Source: Monocercomonoides exilis PA203 (lineage: Eukaryota; Protista; Preaxostyla). Taken from it: 64,000 bases of DNA. Below the pieces are notes generated by a model. It was given only the letters and a program-made list of their open reading frames with translations, was not told where the DNA came from and did no database searches. Position numbers and translations under genes: made by a program. Where the stretch lies: assembly GCA_001643675.2 (NCBI GenBank), contig LSRY02000054.1:372001-436000 (forward strand), written 5' to 3'. This document shows positions 38,599 through 50,303 of the stretch, one piece after another (position 1 is the first letter of the stretch; every line of letters begins with the position of its first letter).

Positions 38599-41248
38599 TC
38601 TCGAATGGAATGACAATCAATTTTGATTTGAAAATTTTTATTTTTTTCCGGATGATCAAATAGAAATTAATTATGGTTTTTGACACAATTAAAGAAAAAA
38701 GGATTTCTTTCAACAATCGTTTTGAGAGCAGGTGAAATACATGTGAGTAACTTCCAAAGCGATGTCATTTCTTCAATTTTTGCAAGCCATGAATCAGTGT
38801 CTTCTGTTTCAGGTTAAAATTTTTCAAATAAAAAAACAAAAAATAAAAAGGATGAAGTTTGAAAAAAATATGAACAATAATTGAAAAAGAAGGGACAAAT
38901 CGGGTGATGGAATATGTTCAAATTAATATATCACAAATAAAATAAGAACCAATCTTGCATCACTTGTGAATCAACAAAAAAATATTAATATTTCTGAAAA
39001 TATTTGGTTTTTCAGAAAACGTTGAATTCTTCATGTTTGTGGCATTGGTTATGTTGAACATAAAAAAAGAAACTCATCAAACAGAAATATCTGTCCAATA
39101 AAGGAACAAAAAGTTGAAGCTTCTATTTCAAAACACATACCCTCAATAATTACTCTTTGAAAAGGTGCTATTTCGAATTGTCAAATGTCTCCTCTCCCAA
39201 CACAATTAAATGGAGATTCCTTCTTCGCCAATTGTTCCAATCTTCGCTGAAAACATAAGGTGACAATCTTTCTTTATCGTTCTGTTTTTGCTGTTTCAAG
39301 TGTTCATCCACCTTCTCTTTCTTCTTCCTCTTCTCTCTTCTTCTCATCTTCTCTTCATTTGACCTTTCTCCCTTGACAGATTTCTATTCTTTCCCTCAAT
39401 CCTATTCCACAGTTTCTCTTCCTTCTCTCTCTCTTTCTCTCTTCCCTTCTCTTTTTTCCTTATCATTCTTCCCAAGCATCATAAATAAATTCATCTTTTC
39501 TCTCCAACTGTAATCTTTTTTCTGTCCAAACCTCAAACACCAAATCTCCTCTTCTTCAAATAAATCTTGTGGGGAGTGATTCATCATCATCCCCTCCCTC
39601 AAACTTTCTCTTCCTTTTCTCTCTTCTCCATTCTTCCTTTCGCACTCTCTCCTGTTTCGCCTTGTCAAATCGCTTCTCCAGCTTCTTCACCCAAAACATC
39701 CAAATGCATTCCTCTCCTTTATTCTTCCTCCCCTTTCTTACTCCTTCTCAATTTTTCTTTTTCATCCATTTTGGGAAGCATCCGATGTTTGACATTCAAA
39801 AATACCCATCTGTTTATTTTCTGCGAGATGAAACTTTTTAGAGACAGCTTGTGCTGATTGAAAGGAGATGTTTCATGAAACCTTCTCTGCATATATTCTT
39901 GAGGGGAAAAAAAATAAAAATTAACAATTAAAAATAAAAAAATTTTTTTTATTTTGTTATTATAATTCAAAAAATACATTTTCCAAAAAAAAATAAAGAA
40001 AAATAAAATAAATCAAAAAGTTTTCTATTTCTTTCATTCTGAAAATTTTTCATCATTCAAAAAAATCAATTTTTTCTGCAAACAAACACTTGCACATTTT
40101 GACCTTCTTCATTTGCTAAGCACTCCCATTGCGAAATATCAACAATCTCATTTGCCTCTTCTCTCTTCTCAATCTCTTGTTCCTCGCTTTCCGTTCTGCA
40201 TTAGCCCTGCTTCAATCTCTTTCCTTCTTCCTCCCATCAACCCCATCCTTTCATTCTCTTCTCCATCTTCCTCTTTTTCCTGTCTATCGTTGCTCACTTT
40301 CAATTCCTCCACGTTGTCATTTCAACTCATGAAAAGCCTTCCAATGCATAATCATTCAACATCAGTGCCTTATCATATGAATTGCATGCCTTTGAATAAA
40401 ATCTGGTATGTCTTCAAAATGCCCCTTGTTGAAATTCCTAAAAAGGGAAAGATATTGTGAAAGCGAATGGCACAGAACAAATGAATAAATAATTCAAACC
40501 TCTCAACAAATGCAAAGTTATTGATGTCCAACTACTGTACCAAACTTAATTTTTCAATGAAAAGCAGCCAATACATGTTTGGCAAATTCAAAAAGATTAC
40601 AATGAAAATGGTAGCATATTCAACAAAGAATGAAGGCTTTGAGAGAATTGAATGTTATTTTTGTGAAACTGTCGAAATTGCTGTAATCCTTTTGGTTTCA
40701 CCTAGCAAGGCAAATAAATACATAAACAATCAAAAGCATGTTGCACAAAAAATAGTGGAGCCTTCAAGCGCATCCTTGTCAGCTATCTGATAAATGCTGT
40801 GTTTTGTGCATGAAATCGATATCTCCTCCATTGTTTGCAACAATTTGGGTCTGGCAAATAAAAGAGGGATTGTCATTGAACTATGTGTTGGATGTTCTGT
40901 CATTCTTCGAATATTGTTTGTTCGCGTTGTTGAGCTGCGTTGGCTGAATTTTGATTTGGCGATTTTCCTTCCTTTGAAAAAACACCCTCACTTCCAATCT
41001 TTTTTCTTCTGCACATCCATCACAAATAAAGAGTTAAATAATTAATACCCTTTCTTTTTCAATGCTACTCCAAAAATAAGGTTTTATTTGGAATTTACAG
41101 TCATCAAATCATCTATTATGGTTGAATGAAAGAAAAAGTGACATTTGACAATATATTTATTCAATATTATAAACATAGTATTGAACATATATGAGTGACT
41201 ATTTCTCTTCCATCATTTGGCTTATAATGTCCTTGTTTTATTTTTTAA

Positions 41249-44200
41249 TAGATACAATGCAGATTGAATCAAATTATTCAAATTGAAAAAATAATTTAAA
41301 ATAGTGGGGGTTATTTAAAATAACCCCTGTTTATTTGAATTGACTTGCTTATTTTTAAAATCTTCATCCTATTTTGAATTGAATGTTCAAAACATGAAAA
41401 TAGATAACATTAAATGATTTGCATAAAAGATTAATGTGAAATACTGAAGTTTTTTTGATTTTCTTTTAGAAAAAATTTTGATCTTTCAATAATCAACTTC
41501 GAAAAAATAGAATATTTCGATAATTCGTTTAAAATGCTTTTCCAACTTATGTTATTGAAAACGTGAGTTACATAATGCAAGTATATATTGTTTAAACAAT
41601 TAAAAATTCATTTTTCCCAATATACAAATCATAAAAGCTTTTTCAAATTTTTAGTTTATTTCTTCGCAATTGAAAGTTGTTTCTTATAATTGTTTCAACA
41701 TTAGCAACTTCAATGTGATGCCTATCTATTCCCTTTGGATTACTCTGCTTTTCCCGTTTCAAACAACAGCTATTTTCAAACAATATTGTTTTTCATTTTT
41801 CACCTTGCTGAAAAACAATGTTTAAAATCATTAACAAGAAATATATAAAACACTGAATATTTATAGGTATATATGGTTTTTTTTTCAAGATTTCGTTTTT
41901 TATGAAGAACATTTTATATTATTTCAAATTTTTCTTTTTCGATATTTATCTTCTAATTTTGCAAATTACACAATTTTTTTGCAGTTCCAAATGCTATCAA
42001 CATTTTGCCTTTGGATATACCACATTTATAACACACTCTATCCTCAAGATTTCTCACAAACGAAATTTCTATTTCAATTGTGGCAAACATTTATTCTCTC
42101 GTGTCAGCATCAACAGCTTTCGCTTCCAGCACGTTCAAAACACCATCAACTGTTATATTGTCTTTTTTGTCAACAGCTCCGACACTTCTCTCTCTGCCTT
42201 CAATGCTTCTTTTCTCCACCAAACACGCTCTTCATCAAATGCTCCTGTTGAACACATTGGAAATGAAACTAATAAAAAGAAACCTGGAAGACTGATTTCG
42301 TTTGACGTGAACAGCCATCGATTCGAGTGGTGAGAATGGAATGATCCAAATGGTGGAAGCGATTGAGGTGGAGCACATAAAGTCAACTGCGAAAATGCAA
42401 ATCTCACAGTCATATCGTGTTCTTTTCACAATAGTTCATCCAATGGTGAAGGAGAAGCGTCATACAGCTTGCATTTATTTCATGGTAACAACGAAATCCA
42501 ATCACACAAATTGTTCAGCTGCTGGTGGAGGAGCGAATTGCCTTGGAGGAATGCAGACAAATTCTATTCGGCTGCTAATAGAAAACAGAGTTGAAAGTTG
42601 TTCAATAACAAGTTGGGGTGGAACTGGTTGGGAAATAGTGCTTGACAACATGCCATCAGATGCAAAATTTTTGTTCACCAAATGCAAGTGTATTGCAAAT
42701 ACTGGCGGTGATGCGGCAGGAGCAATCACATCTAATTATCCTCCAGCAGTAACTTCTCTTTAATATTTACCACAAAAGTACCAGTTCATTAATAACAAAT
42801 TGATAAATTCATCATCTTCATGGGGAGGAGCCGGGCTATGTTACATAAACACCTTCACTTGGATGAGCGGGTTCAAATTCATCACATTCTGCTTTTTCGA
42901 TGGCAACACTGCCACTAATGGCAGAGGAAATGATGTGTTCTTTTACGGAAGTGATATCACCAAATCTCCTTTCCAGCAATGCTGTTCAACAACCCAAGCT
43001 AAAAGAGTGTGGAATGCAGGAACTGCTGATAACACTGTGTACAACAGTTGGCTTCCAATCATCAACCAGAACAAAATCGTGTCAAATAATGGGACAAACA
43101 CAGATCTCTGCGGAATCACACAACTCAGTCCATGTGAAACAATAGAATATGCTCTTGTTCGCATGGCATATCCCCAAGACGCCTCACTCACCCTCCTCTC
43201 CTCAACATTTGTTCCAACTCAAACACTCACTTTCAGTGTGGCTGACACTAAAATCACTGGAAATGGCACAACTGCCACCACCATCGCCTCCAGTGGCATT
43301 CCCCAACCACAAAACTCATATTCGCAGTCATCGCAGTCATCATCATCATATTCATCATATTCATCAATATCAACATCTTCTTCACCAGATCCATCTTCCA
43401 CTTTTTCCCTCTTCCAACAGACTCAGGGCTCCCTCACGGTCTCTGCCCTCGCCCTCACCCACAACTCCTCAAACCAAATAACTCCCATCCTCTTCCACCT
43501 CTCCCAAAGCTCCCCTTCCCTCAACCTCAACACAACCACCATCACCGGAACAACCTCCATAACAATAAAAACTCCCCTCTTCTTCCTCACTGCTGGCTCC
43601 CTCGCCCTCAACCACACAGCAATCACCAGTCTCGCCCTCAGCAGCCAAAGCATCTTCCACCTCACCTCCCTCACCGCTCCCCTCACCCTCAACTCCTCCA
43701 TCACCCACATCACTTCCACTGCAATCCCCGCCAGCTGTGTCCTCTCCTCTGCCACCTCCCCTGCCCTCTCCCTCTCCCTCGCCAACTGCACCATGACCAA
43801 CATCAACTCAGAACAGTTCAGCCAACAGACTGCCACAGATGGCGGATGCATCTCATTCGCCTCATCTACATCTGCCAGCACATTTTCTGTGAATGACACC
43901 AAATTCACTGTATGTAATATGAGCGATGAAGAAAAGTGTGTATTTGAAATATATGAGTTGATAAATAAAAAGAAAGAGAACGTGGGATGCTTCTAAAAAC
44001 AGGTGCAAAGGTGAAAAGAAGAAAATGTACTTCTTTTTAAAGAAGTTGGCATTGGAGATTTTATGGGGATGTGGTATGAAAATGAAGAGATAAATGATAA
44101 CGAAAATAAAAAAGATGCGTGAAGTAATAAGAAAGAGAGAGGCTTAATTTAAGAAAAAGAGAAAGATCATTTGGAAATTATGAGATTACGGCAAAAGAGA

Positions 44201-44785
44201 AAATGAGTGAAAAAATGAGGAAATAAGGAAAATGAAAAGGAAATAGACCTACGATTCTGCAACTGCAACATCTAAGTGCAATGTTTATTGTGATTATGGA
44301 TTCTGTATTATGAAACACGCTCACGAAACAAATTTATTCTTCAGAATTTTCAGAATATTGTTGTTTTCTTTTTATTTTTTATGCAAAAATGATAAAAATT
44401 ATCTTCAAAGTGAATCATTCTTCACTAAAAATTCAAAACAAATAACATTTTCACTTTATTAACAAATAATATATTTAATTTTTGTTTTATTTATGCTCAT
44501 TTTCACGCTTCCGTAGAATAATCAAAATTTCATTTATGAAATTGTCAAAAAGGTTTGATTTTTCTTTTGTTTCCACTTTGTTTTCAAAAGTGTTTTTTGT
44601 TTGTTTTATTTTCCTTTCCCACAATTATTATTAATTTGAATGATCTTTTCTAATTTGAATTAGGATGGTGATTTTTAAATTTTGTGCTTTTATTTGAATT
44701 GAGTGGTATTAATTCAAATTAATAGAGGTTTATTTAAAAAACCTCAATTAATTCAAATTTCCCAACTTAATCTGCATTGTATCTA
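41249..44785. mobile_element. Putative non-autonomous TIR element (~3.5 kb) enclosing a surface-protein gene fragment
   Basis: Perfect 17-bp inverted termini TAGATACAATGCAGATT (41249-41265 and 44769-44785) followed by ~130 bp of imperfect inverted similarity. The terminal TA may be the target duplication. No transposase inside. Confidence 0.6.
41990..43996 (+). pseudogene. Decayed, 3'-truncated member of the GGA-repeat surface protein family (N-terminal part only)
   Basis: FEW*EW..GG, NLTVISCSF, WGGAGL, FCFFDGNTATNGRGNDVF, DLCG..PCETIEYAL mirror the receptor A/B N-terminus. Stops and frameshifts in 42000-42800; C-rich Ser/Thr/Leu segment 43160-43860; no TM. Confidence 0.75.
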
Positions 44786-45669
44786 ATGGATAATTAAAAT
44801 TTTTAACAATAGATAGATATTTTCAAAAAATAATAAACTTAAGGTTTGAATGTTTTCTGTAAAACAATTATTTTTCATTTTTGCTTATCATGAAATGCAG
44901 ATTCTGACCTGTGCGACAAGTGGAAAATTTTGTCAGTGACTGACACAGGTGAGCGTCGTAATAATTTTTTCTTGATCAAAACCTTTTTTATAATAATCTT
45001 ATTTTTATGTATTTTTTCAAAAAAATATTCACTATTGGTGTTCATTATATTGGAATAACTTTCATAAGAGTGACAACACTTTTTTGAATGATAATTGAAT
45101 TTTTATAATATTATTTTAAAAATGTTGTGAATTGAGTGAATTATGGTTTACTGACAAGATCAGCGAAACTTGGAATTCCTTAAGCCACTGAAAGTCACTT
45201 TCTGGAAAAGTCTGTCACTTGGTTTATAAATTATGGATCCAAATAGCATAACGAATCTCCCTCAGGAGCTAAAGCTGTATGTTTCTAGTTATGCAATCGT
45301 GTGTTTCATATCGCTTTTGTTTTTGTGTTTTGTCATTTAAAGCTTTTTTAACTGTATTTAGCAAGCATCATTCATCAAAAAGTTGGAAGATTTGTCAAAC
45401 AAAAATTGTTAATTTGTTTTATCGGAATTGATCAAAGCACCAGACAAAGGAAACAGAACGTTGTTTTCGTTGAAAAGAATGAATTAATAAATAATTCTAT
45501 TTTTTAATTTTTTCTGTTTACAGGCATCCAAGAGATATATCAAAAATGATTACGAATATATTATTGAATTTTCTTTAAATAAAAAAAATGTCAATTAAAA
45601 CTATCAATTTCAATAAAAGACAACTTTATCTTTTATATTTTTTGATATATAGTGTGTTTCATTTGTCAT

Positions 45670-46620
45670 TCCACCCATTTTATTATCGGGAACAATAATT
45701 TCTGACTCTCCAGAGCACTTTCAGAAAAAAATAAATAATAGAAAATTATAAGTATAAAATTAAATACTGTTCCTGAAAATATTTTTTATTTTTTCAATTT
45801 TAGTGAAAAGATCTGGTATTCTTTGTTTTATTATTGAGATCAAAGATTTGCTAATATTTCAACAAGCTTTTTGTTTTGAATGTTCTGAGTTATATCATTG
45901 TTGAAAAACTTCATTTGTTTTTTTTTTGTTTTCGGTTAATTTTTGATATTGAACACTTCGTTTTTCAATTATTTTTATAATTTCGTGATTTTTTGTTAAA
46001 ATATGAAAAAGCGGTATCGTTTGTGATAATCATGGTTTTTCACGTTGAAGAATAAATGTCATACTGATTGAAAGGTGCATCACGAGAATTTTGAAATGAA
46101 AGAATGCAATTTGAAGCAAATGAAACAAAAAAACACAAATACAAGTTTTTTTGATAATAATCACAATCGTTGATATTTTTTAAAGTATTTTTTTCATATT
46201 ATTTTCTTTGTTTGTCGACAATTTTTATATTTTTGCTTTCAAATTCAACAAAAAATCTTATTCACTTTATTGCAAACTTCAATTTGTTGATATATTGCGA
46301 AACGCAAAAAATAATTAAAAAACGAAGTGTTCAATATCAAAAATTAACAAATAACAAAAATAACATGAAGTTTAACAACAATAGCAATACTCAGAACATT
46401 CAAAACAAAAAGCTTGTGCAAATATGAGCATATCTTTGATCTCAATAATAAAACAAAGAACACCAGATCTTTTCACTAAAATTGAAAAAATAAAAAATAT
46501 TTTCAGAATAAATAATATAAATATTTTGAAGGTTTCCTGCCATTCATTTTTTTCAAAAAGTGCTCTGGCGATACAGAAATTTTAGGTAACGTTAATAGAA
46601 ATAAAAAAAAAAAGTGGGCG
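45670..46620. mobile_element. Foldback/MITE-like element with ~310-bp inverted arms and a ~300-bp spacer
   Basis: 45774-45852 (TGAAAATATTTTTTATTTTTTCAATTTTAGTGAAAAGATCTGG...) is the near-exact reverse complement of 46428-46505; similarity spans ~45670-45990 against ~46292-46620. Confidence 0.8.
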
Positions 46621-46647
46621 GGGGGGGGGGGGGGGGGGGGGGGAGGG
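46614..46647 (+). repeat. G-tract (24-G run)
   Basis: GTGGGC(G)24AGGG at the right end of the foldback element. Confidence 0.85.
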
Positions 46648-46749
46648 TAAGATTAATGATTCACACTTTAAGAATTCTTTTGTTAAATGGTTGAAGTTTA
46701 TTTCTGAGTGTTTTTTCTTCAAAACTTTGAACAAGGATCACTTATTTTG

Positions 46750-48080
46750 CATTTGAAGCACAAATGTGCCGATGCAGTCTGTGAATGGTTTTCTTTAACG
46801 ACATCCTGAATTGATATTAGTGGAAGCCATTGATCAAAAATTGGTGAATTTAGCAATTGAGCATTGATGACAATTTTTCATCAGAAATATGTCGAGTGTT
46901 CTCAATGTCTTCATCATCTTCCTCTTCTTTCCTAACATTTGAAATCAATATTTTCTTTGAAGAAGTCACTGATGGTGAAAAGGGGTGTGTTGAAAGTGAT
47001 GAAATAATGCCAGCTTTCGATAACGCTCTTTGCTTGTTTTTTCAACACTGTTCATCTCGACAGCATCAGCCTCCAGCAAAAGTTCAGCAAAAAATAAATA
47101 ATAATCCTCTGACAACATTGAACAAATGAAGCGAATGAACCTTTGATAGAATCATCTTTCAAATAAGAGAAGGAATTGATGGGACACTTTATGAATTTCA
47201 AAGAAACTTGTGTGCTTTTTTTCAATCAACATATTTCCATGATCCCTCAAACTCCTCTGTTTCTGATCTCACAAAAGGCAGTTCTTCAACTATCATTTTC
47301 TTCAAACTTCTTTCTTGGTATTTTTTTGTCACAACAAAAACCATAAAGCAGACTTATTCACCAATCTTGAAGGATTGCAATGTTCAGGAGGAAACTAGAG
47401 GATTTCTTTAGTTTAATCCAAATACAATCCTTTCTTGGTTTTATTATTTGATATTAATGAAATCTTATCAAAAAGAAGTGCAATTTAAATATCAAACATA
47501 TTATTATCAAATGGGACCAAAAAGTCAGCAAAACAATTTCACCCTTTTTTGTGCTTCATAGGTTTCATCTTTTTAAAAAAGGCAACTTTCGGAAAAACAG
47601 ACACTCAAATGGAAAACAATTCAGTAAAATATATTTATTTTCAAAAATTGATAGTAGCTGCAAATTTCAACTAGCAGCTTTTCATTCTTCCCTTCTTTCT
47701 TTAACTCTCAGTTGATAACAATGCATTGAATTCGATTGCTTGAAAAAGAATTATGGTGACATCTTCCCAGTTTATCTTTCAGCACTTTGCAATATTCCAT
47801 CTGGCTCAGAAAAAGAAGAGAATTTCAAAAGGAAATTTTCATTCATGAAATCATTTCATTGATTCCATTGAGTATTTCAACAATGAAAACTGAAAACTGT
47901 TCTTCGGCATTCATTTTATCAAAGAATATTTTCATTTCTATGTCATATATTTTTGTTCATTTTCAGAACCTTTTTCATGCATTGCAAGCAACATTGAAAA
48001 TAAAAGTTACAAGGTGAAATAACAGAGGAAAGATCTCATTTTTATTAAAAAAATTTTATCACTGCATTTCGTTTATGAAA
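46750..48080 (-). pseudogene. Heavily decayed paralogue of the 2989-4463 family
   Basis: Minus-strand fragments KEGKNEKLLVEICSYY and KVAF..KDETYEAQKRV match RERNEKLWVDLCECH and KVALRKEKDKENQKEV. Many stops. Confidence 0.7.
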
Positions 48081-48450
48081 TTTGTTTTGAAGTCATTTTT
48101 TCCTTATTTGTTTGCTCTTAAAAAAGAAAGAAAATCTTATTGAGATTATGTATGTCGTAATTGATAGTTTATTTGGAAAATCAATTTCAAGTTATGTGTA
48201 TGTCATTTTATAACAACTTTTTTCATTTTTAATAATGATCGGAAGACCAATTTTTTTATTGAATTCAAAGATATGTTGAATATTTTTTAAAAACAAAATG
48301 ACAACGATTATCCATTCTTTTGTTGTATTTTTCTTTTTCATTTGCAGTTGAAAGAAAACAACAACAAATGAAAAACAATTTAAGTTATTGTTATGATTTA
48401 TTTTTTCAAATGTTTCACCAAAAATATTTATATTTCGAAAAAAAATTCAT

Positions 48451-48610
48451 TTTCGAAAATTAATAATTCGAATTCGGAATTAATAATTCGAAATATTAAA
48501 TTAATTATTCTAATTTGGAAATAAATAATTCAATTTCGTAATTTATTAATTCGATTTCGAAAAAGAATAATTCAATTTCGAAAATGAATTATTCAATTTC
48601 GATATTCATT
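48451..48610. repeat. ~8 degenerate copies of a 20-21-bp unit (ATTTCGAAAATTAATAATTCA-like)
   Basis: Periodic TTTCG...TAATTC motif. Confidence 0.7.
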
Positions 48611-48995
48611 TATAACAAAAATTCTTTAATTTATCTCGAGAATGTATTTCAAAAAATATCAAGTTATTTTTTTTAATCAATCCAATTTTTTTACTCATAG
48701 AAAACTGTTGTTTTTTATTTCAACAATCAATAAATCAATTTTTTTTTTAGTTTTTTTTTCATTTTCGAAAATCATTACTCAAATAATAATTATTTAATAA
48801 TAATTCATTTTATTGAATAACCAATATAATATAAATATCATCATTCACGTTTTATTGATTTGGAATAGAGAAAATCAACTAACGCAAGGAGCAGGTTTGC
48901 TCCTCAACAATGAGTGTTATTATTTATTATGTGTGGTTTTAGATCAAACTTTGCCTGCAATTTAACTTCTTTGCATACCATTGTCATCAATTTAA

Positions 48996-50222
48996 ATGAC
49001 GCAAGATACTGTTAGAGTACCAAATAGTGACGGTGAAGACAGAAGTAATGATTTGATGCACAGGCTTTCAAGGGAAGAAGACATGATTGAAGAAATTACA
49101 AGAAGCCAAACACTAACAATGCTGTCCGGACCTACGGGAATGTTACCAATGAGAAAGGTGAAGAGGGAACGACTGAAGAGAAGAAGCAGATCGAGATCGA
49201 GCGAGCCGGAGTCGGACGCAGAATTTTGTGATCTGATCGCAAGAAGGAAACAAGGAAAGCGTGAGAGATTACGTCGTACATTTAGTCGAGTGATGATACG
49301 GGAAGATGAAAAAGATAGCGAATGGGATTCTGAAGAGCTGGGAGCGCTGCAAGAGAAAGAAGGAACAGAAGACTTCACAAGAATTTTTCCCAGGGAGTGG
49401 TTGACACCCCGGAGGCAAGCGAGCGAGTTGAGGAAATTCATCGAGTTCTGTAAGGCGGGATCCTTACGAATGAATGAGGACATATTGAATACGTTTATTC
49501 CGGAGAGAGAGAAGGAATTTTTCACGGGACACACAGACACAAGCTGGAACGCGCTAGCCGTGACGGGGGTCACAGCTGAAGGAAGGAAGGATTCTCCGGA
49601 AGCTGTTCGAGCCATCGAATTGCTCCAGCCTGCCCTGGAATCGGGCTTTGAAGCAGCGAAAGCGATCGCAGCCCTCTCGGTGAAGGATCTTGAGAAGGCG
49701 CACCTCATGGAAGAGGAGAAAGAACGATTGAGAGGACTATTTTGCTCCTATGCGCTTATTGTCGACTGCATCAGCAGAATTAACCTACTAAAGGTTATAC
49801 CCCAATCGGGTTGGGAAAGCGCGAAAGGCTATTAAGAAGGAGGAATGTCCAAGGATGTATTAGAGAATTTGAAGAAGCTGGTAGAAAGCACCAGCATTTT
49901 TCAATCTGAGGGAGATGCAACAGGATGTTGTGCATCTCCCGAATCCACAACAGGTTTCGGGACCATAACAGATAGAGGGGGACTTCCGAGAAGATACAGT
50001 TCGGGAAGGAGCACCCAAGGATGTGTATACAGACAGCTCCAGAGAAGAGGATGCGGCAGGAGCTTCACAAACTTCAAAGGAAAGAAGAGAACACCCCAGT
50101 TCCAAGCACAGTGTGTCCCCACCATCGTTGGGAGGCCAGCCCCAATTCCTGGTCCATTACCACCGGCTCCCCCAAGGACCCAAGGAGTGACAGCTATGGA
50201 ATCAACAATTGAAGCCGACTAA
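48996..50222 (+). pseudogene. DIRS ORF1 (gag-like) with one premature TAA at 49833-49835
   Basis: ORFs 48996-49835 and 49845-50222 share a frame; positional assignment upstream of RT. Confidence 0.65.
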
Positions 50223-50303
50223 TGGTCGCGAGAGTAGAGAGAAAAGAGAGTCTCGCTTTGCCGCAAGACCGAGAGAAGAGATAGAGAATCAAATTACAGC
50301 GAA

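Noticed and set aside
39230-41050. Purine/pyrimidine-skewed stretches with short ORFs (also 5560-6150 and 28450-30250)
   Set aside because: Probably decayed genes, but no recognisable motif supports a call.
44900-45225. GTCAGTGACTGACAC and TAAGCC motifs resembling a transposon end
   Set aside because: No partner repeat or target duplication found.
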